64,000 nt of DNA from Eledone cirrhosa (taxonomy: Eukaryota), in NCBI GenBank assembly GCA_964016885.1, contig OZ024740.1:409572001-409636000 (forward strand), given 5' to 3'. Both the position numbers and the translations under genes were made by a program. Under the pieces are notes generated by a model, which saw only the letters and a list, made by a program, of their open reading frames with translations, had not been told where the DNA came from and searched no databases. Shown in pieces: positions 14,406 to 26,460 of the stretch (positions within the stretch are counted from its first letter, which is position 1; each line of letters begins with the position of its first letter).

Positions 14406-14700
14406 TATTTTTTTTAAATAATGGCCGATTATCAAAACTGATTAATCGGTAAAATGGCCGATATGACCGTTGCCGATTATCTGCTGATTAATATATATAT
14501 TAATCATCAGATAATCGGCAACGGTCATATCGGCCATATATATATATATATATATTGTGTGAGAGAGAGAGTGAGAGAGAGAGAGAGAGAGAGAAAGAGA
14601 TACAATATATATATATATATATATATACTATGCATGTATGTATGTATGAACGCAATCGACTATACCACTCCATTATAAATAGAAAGAAATGTGGACTTAC

Positions 14701-14786
14701 TGAATACTTTTCTGGCTCATCACTTTAACGAACTCAGCCTTTGATACTCTGCCATCGTTGTTCTGATCTAATGATTTCAAAGCAGA
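14701..14786 (-). CDS. Calmodulin-like EF-hand protein, internal exon (EF2)
   Basis: ttttttcccgacag|SALKSLDQNNDGRVSKAEFVKVMSQKSI-CA|gtaagt. Phase 0 start; the phase 2 end joins exon 12953 in frame (CA+T=His). Confidence 0.9.
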
Positions 14787-14803
14787 CTGTCGGGAAAAAA
14801 ATT

Positions 14804-14866
<63 letters not shown>

Positions 14867-14870
<4 letters not shown>

Positions 14871-15160
14871 TAACCGATACCAGGACTTAAAGTGGGAGGT
14901 AAAAAGGATTTGGAACTGCCATGAAGTCAAAGTGGTCCCGATTGTCATAGGCGCACTAGGTACTATCTCAAAAGATTTCCAGGGATGGTTAAAGAAAATT
15001 GGCCCCGCCACGCTTTTTGGAACGCTTCAAAAGGCATGCTTGCTGGGAACAGCAAGAACCCTCCGATACGTCCTGAATATCTGAGGCTGCAGGTAGTGGC
15101 TTGATATTCATTTCAACAAACTTTCCAGTTAACTAACATCAATGACTGAGACTCAAAGAA
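14867..15160 (+). mobile_element. R4/Dong-like non-LTR retrotransposon 3' fragment (family A)
   Basis: INRYQDLKWEVKRIW...VVPIVIGALG...LQKACLLGTARTLR plus 3' UTR. Bounded by (TAA)n on both sides. Confidence 0.8.
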
Positions 15161-15161
15161 C

Positions 15162-15205
<44 letters not shown>

Positions 15206-15207
<2 letters not shown>

Positions 15208-18200
15208 TTTTCTTTATTAACCACAAGGGTTCACATAAAGTAGACATTAAGGACAGTACAGGACAATACAGGACGGTACAAATGGGCATTTCTGCGTGTA
15301 AAAAAACAGAGGTTGAAATAAAATAACAAAGAAAAATTCCCCAATAGGGGGGAGACTTCCAAGGGACATTTGTGGAGAAAGCCCATTAAAAGACCACAGT
15401 GGCCCTGACCACCAGGGCAAGTGCCCTCTCCCAGTTTTCCACCTTTAATTTACAGACACATACTCAGAGAAGGCCCATTCATTCGGGCCATACTTGCTTC
15501 TCTCACCCATCTTTCAACAAAATGCTGGGAACAGAGCACTTCCCTCTCTACCCTGATTTTCCTTTTCAAATGAAATTTGAAAAAGTTAATCAGGGCATCA
15601 CCGAAGAGGTAAGTGCTCGTCTTCAGCCCTTTCAAACGTGTCCACCATACTATCTCTTTCGCCATGGCCACCAGGCGTGCAGGACGGTTTCGTCGCCCTG
15701 CGCGCATCTCGGACATGCCCGGCTGACGGCACCTCCATGCATGTAGAGTTTATCCCGAACTGGCAAAGCTCCTCGGTAGCACTGCCAGGCCAGGGATTTC
15801 TGGAAGTTGTCCATAGGCCCCGGCCCGAAAGTTCTTACGAAGAGATTGGCTAGTTGATTTTCGTCGACGCCTAGAGTTTCCCCAAGTACGTCGTCGCTCT
15901 TCCTCTCCACCAATCCTCTATAGAACGCCAAGGTGGAGTTTCCACCGATCACATTGCCCGATTGGTCGAGGGCTGTGAGCGTCTGAAGACATTCCAGTCT
16001 CCAAGCGCTCCCTCTCGGTCTTCGCTTGACCCAGGACTGCAGCTCCGTCAAGGAGACGAGCTGGGGAAAGACGCGTCTAGCAAACGGCGACCATACCTGA
16101 TCACCGTCGAGGAAAAGGTGGAGATGTCGTAGCCTGAGCGCGTGTCTGCGCATCATCAGCCACTGCATGCCCAGCCCTCCACGTAGCGGGTGTTGACAAC
16201 AGATCGACCGCCTGACCATCGAAGCGCGTCCCTTCCACAAAAAGCGAAAGAGCAAACTCTCCAGCGCAGTCAGGCGGAGCTTAGGACAAGGTACGACGGT
16301 CAGGCAGTAGTAGATGACGGACGTGATGTACGCGTTAGCCACCTCCGCTCGACCTTTCAGGGATAGCTTCCTCTCCGCCCATTTCTGGGTGAGAGAAGCC
16401 ACCATGCTCGTCCCCTCGTCCCAGTTTTTGTCCGTCTGGAAGGTCCGGACTGAACCAGACGCCTAGCAATTTACCGGTCCGTCCGTCCAGCGCCCGACGA
16501 CGCTGTTGGACGGCATGGACCTGCCTCTCCAGGTGCCGAGCTGCAGGCCCACTGACTTTTCCTGGTTGATCATTGCTCCTGTCGCCGTTTCGTATTCTCT
16601 TAGTGTAGTGCCGATCGCCTCGATGTGTTTGGCGTTCGACACCACTACGGTGACATCGTCCGCATATGCTGACACGGATCTTCCGCATCCTAGTTCACGC
16701 GGGACACCCCTCAACGTCTCCAGTTTGTGCAGTAATGGCTCGAGAGTCAATACGTACAAGAGGGACGAGAGGGGACATCCTTTGTGGACCGAGCGCATGA
16801 TGTTGAACGGTTCCGAAAGATGACCGTTCACTCTCACCACAGAGCAGATGTCACTGTGCATAGCAGCGATCCAGCCTCTGAAGATGGGCCCAAAGCCATC
16901 CGCCCTCAGGACTGCCGCTAGGTAACGATGGTCGACCCTATCGAAAGCTTTCGACTGATCTAAATTGATCAAGGACCCACCCGTGCCAGGTTCCCTAGCT
17001 ACCCTCTCTACGATGTATCGCATGAGGTGGAGGTTGTCGTGGATGGATCTGTCGGGAATGGCGCATGTCTGCGCCTCTCCCACCAGACCATCAACGACAA
17101 GCGCCAACCTCTTTGCTAGCACCTTGGCCAAAATCTTGAACTCTGTGTTTAGCAGAGTTATGGGCCTGAAATTATCTATGTTATCCCCCTTGTTCGGATC
17201 CTTTCTCAGCAGCGCCACTGCTCCTCAGCTCACAGAGCTGGGAATTCTCCCGTTCTGTTGCCAGTTGCAGTAGACGTCCGCCAAGAGGCCTCCGAACAAG
17301 TCTGGCATCTGTACGTAAAGTTCATAGGGCAGACCATCCAAACCAGGCGATTTACCTCTTGTGCAGCCAGCCATTGCCTCCCGTACTTCAGCGGCTGTTA
17401 TCGGCTTTTCGCAACGAGGGCCGCGGCAGTCCGTCGAGGTAGACACTAAAGTACATCCCTCGATCCGGCCCGCCGCTGCCCCCGAACAGCTGAGCGAAGT
17501 GTTGCTGAAAAGCTTCACGCATTTTCCCGGGATCGAGTAGCATGCGCCCATCGTGGTCCACCAAAGACCGGATCGTGGCTTTGATGCCACGACGCGCCTC
17601 CGCCACTCAGGCCCATATTGAAGAATTGGTCAAGGGCCAATTTCGCCGCAAGTACGTCGGTCGCGATGCCTTTGCTAAGCGCCTCGTCTAATTTTCTAAC
17701 TAGTTCTCCCTCTGTTCTATTTTTCTCTATTGCTAAAGCCTTACTAAACCTAATGGACTCTATTCTAATCGCTCTTTTCAGAACAAACCACCACTTGTTG
17801 TTGACGATGGCCCCGTCAAGGCCCGCTTAACTAGTTCGCTAATCCGGTCTCTGTAGGCCTTGCGCGCTGGTAAGTACGCGTTTAGCTTCCAGTAGCCGGG
17901 TCCTCGTCTATGAAGCCTATCTAAGTCAAGCACACAAATCACGAATTTGTGGTCCGTGTAGCTGACTATCTTGAATTGTGGACAGCCTATGCTAGACCTA
18001 TCTATTTCCCTACAAAATACTCTATCTAGATATGATCTGGATGACCCTATGCGGTTTGTCCAAGTCCACATTGGCACATTCGGGAAATCCAATCGGTACC
18101 TATCAGACAGTTCAAAACGCCTGAGCAGGTTGGTGAGGCTCTTGCACCCTCCTCCCCTATCCGCTAATCCCACACAGTCCCAGCGTGCATCTAAGATCCC

Positions 18201-20848
18201 GTTCCAGTCGCCCATTAACACTAAAGAGCGGGACGTTCTAAGAAAGGTCTCCAGACGCCGGAAGAAATCAGGCCGCCCTGCTCCTGTCGGAGCATAGACG
18301 GCCACTAGCCTGAAAGCTTACCCGTCTCCGCTGGTCACGTCCAGCACCACCAACTTACCTTCTGGGTCCAGGAAGATGGCCCGTATGGCGAGATCCAAAC
18401 TTCTCCGAAAAAGCACAGCAACTCCTCCCCCCGATCCAGGACGGCTGGGAGATGCGTACACATCGTAGCCGCCGAAGATCGGTGCGAAGGCCCGTGCTTC
18501 GGAGATTCTGGTCTCGCTGATTGCCACTACATCTATGTTTAGTGACCTGAGGTCGTTGATTGCCACTACATCTATGTTTAGTGACCTGAGGTCGTTGAGC
18601 AGGTGGCCCTGCTTCCATGACGACCCCAAGCCACGCGCATTTATGCTGCATATTCTGAGTGAGGTCATGTTGAAATGGAGTGGAAAAGATGGGAAAGACC
18701 AATTACCTTACTTCTCGTAGAGGAAGGATGATTTCTCCATCCTTTTCACTGCTTGTGGCCTCCTCCGGAAGGATGTCCTTATAAATCCTCCTGGAGAGTG
18801 CTTGTCGGAAGTCTCCGATGTCTTTGGGGAATTTTTGCTTTAGTGTCGTGTACGTTTTCTGTGTGATGCGAGTGATTTGTATGTGTGGAGGAGGTGTGAA
18901 CTTTTGGGTTGTTGTGTAGTCTTTTTCTGTGATGCTTGTGTTGTGTTGGATGTAGTGTAATAATTGGTTGTTGTTCAAATTTAATGCTGTGTAGTGTGTA
19001 TCGTTTTGGTTGTTTTGTTTTGTTTGCGTTTGTTGTGGGTTTGTTTCTGTTACGCTTTTTGGTGACTTTTGTGGTGTTGGTGATGGTGGTGTTGGGGTAA
19101 ATGATGGCGATGGTGTTGGTGGTTGGGGTGATGGGGTTAGTGATGCTGGTGTGGATGGTGGCATAGCTGTCCTAACTTTTTTGTTTGATAGTTTATTTGT
19201 TTCCCTCTGTATTTTGTTTTTGGAAGAGGAAGGAAGAGGATTTTTTTCTTTTTTGGTTTCTTTTTCTTTTTTTCTTTTTTCCTGATACTGTTTCCCACTC
19301 CTCGTCGTCACAATCTGTCTCCAGTTGCGATAGGTCGGGGAGTGGAAAATCCTCCACAGGCGTTGGTTTTGGTTGTGGCGTGGTGGATGGTGTAGGCGCT
19401 GGTGCTAGTTCTGGCGTGTTGGGTGGTGGTGATGTTGGTTTTGCTACTATTGCTGGGGTTGTTGCTGTTACAGTTGCTTCTGTTGTTGCTGCTACAGTTG
19501 TTGCCATTTCTGCTGCTGGTGGTGTTGATGGTTGAGTCACTGGGGTGGGTAAGAGAGGTGGCCTCAACCTTTTAGCCTGAGGGCAGAAAGCCCTTAGGTG
19601 GGTTCCTTCACCACAAACGACACACCTAGGCCTTCTGCCCTCGACGATTACGGTGAGGTGGCTGCCGTCAGTGAGGTCTATTTCCTCTGGGATCTCCTCA
19701 ATGCTTTTTTGGTCCGCTTGGATCAGGAGCTCCATCCCAGATCCGGACCAGTTCTCCTGCTTTTCTTTCGCTATTTCGATTATCTTGGTGTTGGCCTCGA
19801 TGCCGGCGAGGACGGCAGCCATTAATCAGGGAATTTCGATGGCCGGTGGAACGTGGATCACCCTGATCTTCACGAGTCTCTGGCCACAATAGCTTGGGAC
19901 GAGTATGAAGTCGTCACTTCTTAATGGGGCCATTGAGTGTTCTCTGGCCTCCTGTGGTATTTCAAAGAACACGTCCACAGTTCCATATTTCTTCCCACGT
20001 CTGATGTGGGGTTTTTTTGCCCACACATGTCCCAAAGAGTTTTGGATTTGGGACTCGGATGCCCGTTCCACTCGGCGCGATTTTATGTTAATCGTCCGAT
20101 AAGAGACGGTGCATAGACGCCGATGCTCCATTTTATTAGGTGGAAGGGGGGTGAGGCTGACCATGTACCCATCTTTCTTTACCATTCTCGTGGCTTCATC
20201 TAATTCCTCTTGAGTTACCTGGATTGCTTCGCACTTTTTTGCTACTCTGGCAAAAGACAGGGTGGTTTTCTTATTCTCATTGCTGTTGTTGCTGTTGTTG
20301 TTATCGTTATTCTTGTTATTGTTATTTTTTGTTTCAGTTGTGGTGGTGGTGGCGTCAGTGGTGTTCGGTGTGGAAGATTCCATTTTGGGTGAATCCATTT
20401 CGATGTCACGAGATAATTTATTTTTTTCTTTTGTTTCTGTTGTCGCTGTGGTGGTGGTGGGCTTCAACACCTGCAGTCATTGGTAATGGCGGGAAATGAA
20501 TGTCTGCATGAGACAAATTTAAATTATTGCTACTGTTTATATTTTTAGTGTTGGCAAACGTAGTAATATTTACAATGGTGGTGTCGGTGTGAGGTGTTAG
20601 TTTGTGAGGAAGGTGTGACTGTGAGTCGTCCATGATTTTTTTTCAAAGAAATTTTTGTTTGATAATTATAAAAGTTTAAATTTTGGGCTCAAGGCCCCAA
20701 TCTTTTTGAGTGTCCTTTTCAGAAAACAATGTATGTGCACTTATATACAGTTAACAATAAAATTTTTCCATAAATGGCAATTTTAAACAACTGAAAACAA
20801 CAAACCTTTGCGGAGCTCACGATAATACGATTTCCTACGTAGGTCGCC
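15206..20848 (-). mobile_element. Near full-length L1/Tx1-clade LINE, disrupted
   Basis: ORF1 (~20470-18703) has a CCHC knuckle CVVCGEGTHLRAFC. ORF2 (18668 to ~15400) has an APE endonuclease (SINARGL, GDWN, YLDR, TDH), RT (LDQSKAFDRV, GCPLS, YADD) and C-terminal CPRC..ETVLH. AATAAA near 15215. Flanked by (TAA)n. Confidence 0.95.
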
Positions 20849-20898
<50 letters not shown>

Positions 20899-20916
20899 TA
20901 ATAATAATAATAATAA

Positions 20917-21300
20917 TTGGTGGTTGTGGACAAAGAAAAAAGATCGTGTCTGATTGTGGATGTGGCCTGCCCGTTCGACACGAGAGTGCAAGAGAAGGAG
21001 AGGGAGAAAATTAACCGATACCAGGACCTAAAGTGGGAGGTGAAAAGGATTTGGAACTGCCATGAAGTCAAAGTGATCCCGATTGTCATAGGCGCACTGG
21101 GGACTATCTCCAAAGGTTTCCAGGGATGGTTAAAGAAAATCGGCCCCTTCACGCTTTTTGGAACGCTTCAAAAGGCATGCTTGCTTGGAACGGCAAGAAC
21201 CCTCCGATACGTCCTGAATATCTGAGGCTGCAGGTAGTGGCTTGATATTCAATCCAACGGACTTTCCAGTTAACCAACATCAATGACTGAGATTCAAGGA
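20917..21300 (+). mobile_element. R4/Dong-like 3' fragment (family A)
   Basis: IVDVACPFD...EKINRYQDL restriction-like endonuclease motif. Nearly identical to 14867-15160. Confidence 0.85.
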
Positions 21301-21311
21301 ATAACAATAAC

Positions 21312-21360
<49 letters not shown>

Positions 21361-21363
<3 letters not shown>

Positions 21364-22022
21364 TGCAGTCCTATAGCTCCAACCGAATACCTAAACAGGC
21401 ATGACAGAGCTGCACAATACATACATTGGATAATGTGTAAGCATTTTGACCTGCCCCATCAAAAGAATTGGTGGGAGCATCAACCACCTCCCATACTTGA
21501 AAAAGATCACATCTCAATCTTGTGGAACTTTAGCATCCAAACAGACCAAAAAATAGATGCAAATAGACCTGATATAATATTGAAGGACTTTCAAAAGAGG
21601 GTATGCCTGCTAATTGATATGTCTGTTCCAATAGACAAGAATGTATCTATAAAAACATTTGAAAAATTGAGCAAGTATAAGGACCTGGAGATAGAAATTG
21701 GAAAAATGTGGAAATTGAGAACTAAAACAATACCAGTGGTTGTAGGCGCTCTGGGAATGATACCTAGGGGGTCTAATGATTACATATCGCAAATCCCAGG
21801 AAACCCGCGTATAGGAGAAATACAAAAGATAGTACTAATGGGAACTGCCCATATACTAAGGAAGATTCTGTCAATATAAGTACATCACAAGTCTAAACAC
21901 TAAAGATGCATGTGTGAATATGTATGTTCTTTCTTGAACATGGCGGACCTTGTTGTCTCTTGAGGTCACTGGTTGTGACTTGGTGATAACTCGTATGAAC
22001 ATAAAGCAAGATAAATGCAACT
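21361..22022 (+). mobile_element. R4/Dong-like 3' fragment (family B)
   Basis: YLNRHD...NRPDII...LIDMSVP...KLSKYKDL (RHD/RPD/D..P/K..KY RLE signature), then 3' UTR ending in (TAA)n. Confidence 0.9.
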
Positions 22023-22077
22023 ATAATAATAATAATAATAATAATTAGAAAATTAGAAAATTAGAAAATTAGAAAAT

Positions 22078-23315
22078 TCTTAACCATGCACAGAATGCAC
22101 CACCCTAAGGCAGATACAGATAGAATATATCTCCCTAGGAAAGAAGGAGGACGTGGGTTAATCCAGATATTGCGTTGAAAACTGCAACAATTGGATTATC
22201 TACATATCTAAGGGAATCACATGATTGGATGATCAAACTCGTTTTGAAACACGAAAGCATCAAAAATCATACTCCATTACAAAAGTTGCACAAAGATACA
22301 GTAATGGACTACAAATTTCAGAAGTCCCATTTACTGCTGAAATGGAAAACACAGAAAAAGCAAAGCAGGTAAAAGTAACTGCAAAGAAAGAACTGCTACA
22401 GAAACTGGCTAAGAAATGGCAAGAAAAGCCTCTGTATGGAAAATACCCAGAAAGAGCTAACAATCCTGATGTTGACAAAACTTTAACCCATCAGTGGTTG
22501 GCATCCTCTAGACTGAAATCGGAGACTGAAGGACTGATTATATCAGCACAAGATCAGTGTCTGCCAACAAAAAATTACCAAGCCAACACATGTCAACCCA
22601 TTATGCCGTGTATGTAAAAAACAACCAGAGACCATTGATCATATAATTTCAATGTGCAGTCCTATACCTCCAACCGAATACCTAAACAGGCATGACAGAG
22701 CTGCACAATACATACATTGGATAATGTGTAAGCATTTTGACCTGCTCCATCAAAAGAATTGGTGGGAGCATCAACCACCTCCCATACTTGAAAAAGATCA
22801 CATCTCAATCTTGTGGAACTTTAGCATCCAAACAGACCGAAAAATAGATACAAATAGACCTGACATAATACTGAAGGACTTTAAAAAGAGGGTATGCCTG
22901 CTAATTGATATGTCCGTTCCAATAGACAAGAATGTATCTATAAAAACATTTGAAAAATTGAGCAAGTATAAGGACCTGGAGATAGAAATTGGAAAAATGT
23001 GGAAACTGAGAACTAAAACAATACCAGTGGTTGTAGGCGCTCTAGGAATGATACCTAAGGGGTCTAATGATTACTTATCGCAAGTCCCAGGAAACCCGCG
23101 TATAGGAGAAATACAAAAGATAGTACTAATTGGAACTACCCATATACTAAGGAATATTCTGTCAATATAAGTACATCACAAGTCTAAACACCTAAAGATG
23201 CATGTGTGTGTATGTATGTTCTTTCTTGAACATGGCGGACCTTGTTGTCTCTTGAGGTCATTGGTTGTGACTTGGTGATAACTCGTATGAACATAAAGCA
23301 AGATAAATGCAAATA
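22078..23315 (+). mobile_element. R4/Dong-like longer 3' fragment (family B)
   Basis: HPKADTDRIYLPRKEGGRGL, ETEGLIISAQDQ, zinc knuckle CRVC..ETIDHIISMC, RLE domain. Frameshifted. Confidence 0.9.
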
Positions 23316-23324
23316 ATAAGAATA

Positions 23325-23508
23325 ATTGTTTCTACTTTAGGCACAAGGCCAGCAATTACCCAGTGCATTACTGGTACTTTATTTTATCGACCCCTAAGGA
23401 TGAAAGGCAAAGTTAACCTCGACGGGATTTGAACTCAGACCGTAAAGGGACGTAACTATGCTGGAAAGCATGGCGTCTGCCCCTCTACCGATACTGCCAA
23501 TCCACCGC
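23325..23508 (-). mobile_element. tRNA-derived SINE
   Basis: Same family as 14220-14405. Confidence 0.85.
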
Positions 23509-23541
<33 letters not shown>

Positions 23542-23549
23542 AGAAGAAG

Positions 23550-23890
23550 AAAATTAACCGATACCAGGATTTAAAGTGAGAATTAAAAATGGTTTGGGAC
23601 TGCCATAAGAACAATGTCGTCTCGATTGTCATAGGAAAAGCTTTCAAGGAACACTTCAAAAGGCATGCTTGCTGGTAACAGCAAGAACCCCCGATACGTC
23701 CTGAACATCTGAGGCTTCAGGTAGCGGTTTCATGTTCATTTGAACAAACTTTCCAATTAAATAACATCAATGGCTGAGACTCCAAGTAAATAATATTGAT
23801 TTCTTTATTAACCTGAAAGGGTTTACAAAAAATACATTAAGGACAGCACAGGACAGTACATATATAGGTTTCTGCGTGTAAAAAAGGGGA
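23550..23890. mobile_element. Older Dong family A fragment (+) followed by an L1 3' end (-)
   Basis: 23550-23790 is similar to 14867-15160; 23800-23890 is similar to 15208-15305. Confidence 0.7.
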
Positions 23891-24037
23891 AAAAAAGGAA
23901 TAATCCCACCCAATGCAGAATTTATAAGAAAGTAAAGGGATATGAAAAAGACATAGACACAACATGCTCAGTTTGACCCTGCGTAACTTAGCAGAGTATT
24001 TACATACACGACCCAGAGAACATTATTAACATTAAAA

Positions 24038-24425
24038 GGGCGGTGGGTTGGCAGTATCGGTAGAGGGTTGGACGCCATGCTTTCTAGCATCGAGTTACGG
24101 CCCTTACCATTCTGAGTTCAAATCCCGTCGAGGTTAACTTTGCCCCCTTATGGGGTTGATAAAACAAAGTACCAGTAATGCACTGGGTAATTGCTGGCCT
24201 TGTGCCAAAAGTAGAAACAATTATTAACATTAAAAGGGCGGTGGGTTGGCAGTATCGGTAGAGGGTCGGACGCCATGCTTTCTAGCACAATTACGTCCCT
24301 TTACGATCTGAGTTCAAATCCCGTCGAGGTTAACTTTGCCTTTCATCCTTACGGGGTCGATAAAATAAAGTACCAGTAATGCACTGGGATAATTTCTGGC
24401 CTTGTGCCAAAAGTAGAAACAATTA
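24038..24425 (+). mobile_element. Two head-to-tail tRNA-SINE copies
   Basis: Two ~190-bp copies separated and flanked by ATTATTAACATTAAAAG. Confidence 0.85.
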
Positions 24426-24928
24426 TTAACATTAAAAGATAGAGGTGATAATAAAAAATTAACACGATCCCAAGAATGGCTGCCAGGTCTTTATTTGTAC
24501 CAGACTCTTTTCTCGAGTACATATATCCTAAATATTCGTAAATATATCCTATTTATATTAACTTCTAAATTCAGAGACATGTTTTAATTTATTATATCGC
24601 AGCCGCTTGACATTGAGTTCCTTTTTGCTTTTTTACATAGATCTATCAACACCTAAGAACTTCCATGGCTGAGCTTATTATAATTCTCTGAGTTTACATT
24701 TTATTTAATATATTGTGTTTCTTCTTTTAATAATAGCTTCAGCATATTTTCCTGATCTAATAGCTGTTGTATCCATCTACTGTTTTAGTAGGTCCAGCTT
24801 AGTGTTACTTGCACTTTAAGGGCGGATTGGAATGTAAAACACCAACGACCACTGTCTTGTGAGGAGCAGTGACCCCAAGTATTATTAGCTTTCAAAGGCA
24901 TAATGATAGAACACCATCACACAAACCC

Positions 24929-25937
<1,009 letters not shown>

Positions 25938-25962
25938 ATATATATATGTGTGTATATATATG

Positions 25963-26001
<39 letters not shown>

Positions 26002-26094
26002 TGTATGTATATATATATATATATATATATATACTGTATGTCTGTATATATATATATATATATATACTGTATGTCTGTATATATATATATATTT

Positions 26095-26311
26095 TAAGGA
26101 ACGATCGACTTTCGTCAAATCGGACCGAGGGAACAATGTTTCCGTTGGTCTTTCCAATTGCTAATACTATCTATCGGTCGCAACTCCAGGTAGAAGGAAC
26201 AACGTGAAATAAAGTGTCTTGCGCAAGGACATAACGCATCGCCTGGTCCAGGAATCGAACTCACAACCTTACGATTGTGAATCCAATTCTCTAACCGCTC
26301 AGCCACACGCC
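26095..26311 (-). mobile_element. tRNA-derived SINE (second family)
   Basis: Minus strand GGCGTGTGGCTGAGCGGTTAGAG...GAGTTCGATTCCTGG (A and B boxes). Body matches 61381-61540. Confidence 0.85.
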
Positions 26312-26337
26312 ATATATATATATATATATATGTTAGT

Positions 26338-26460
<123 letters not shown>

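Noticed and set aside
19010-19560. Pro/Thr-rich mucin-like or extensin-like host gene
   Set aside because: It is the low-complexity C-terminal part of L1 ORF1, between the zinc knuckle and ORF2.
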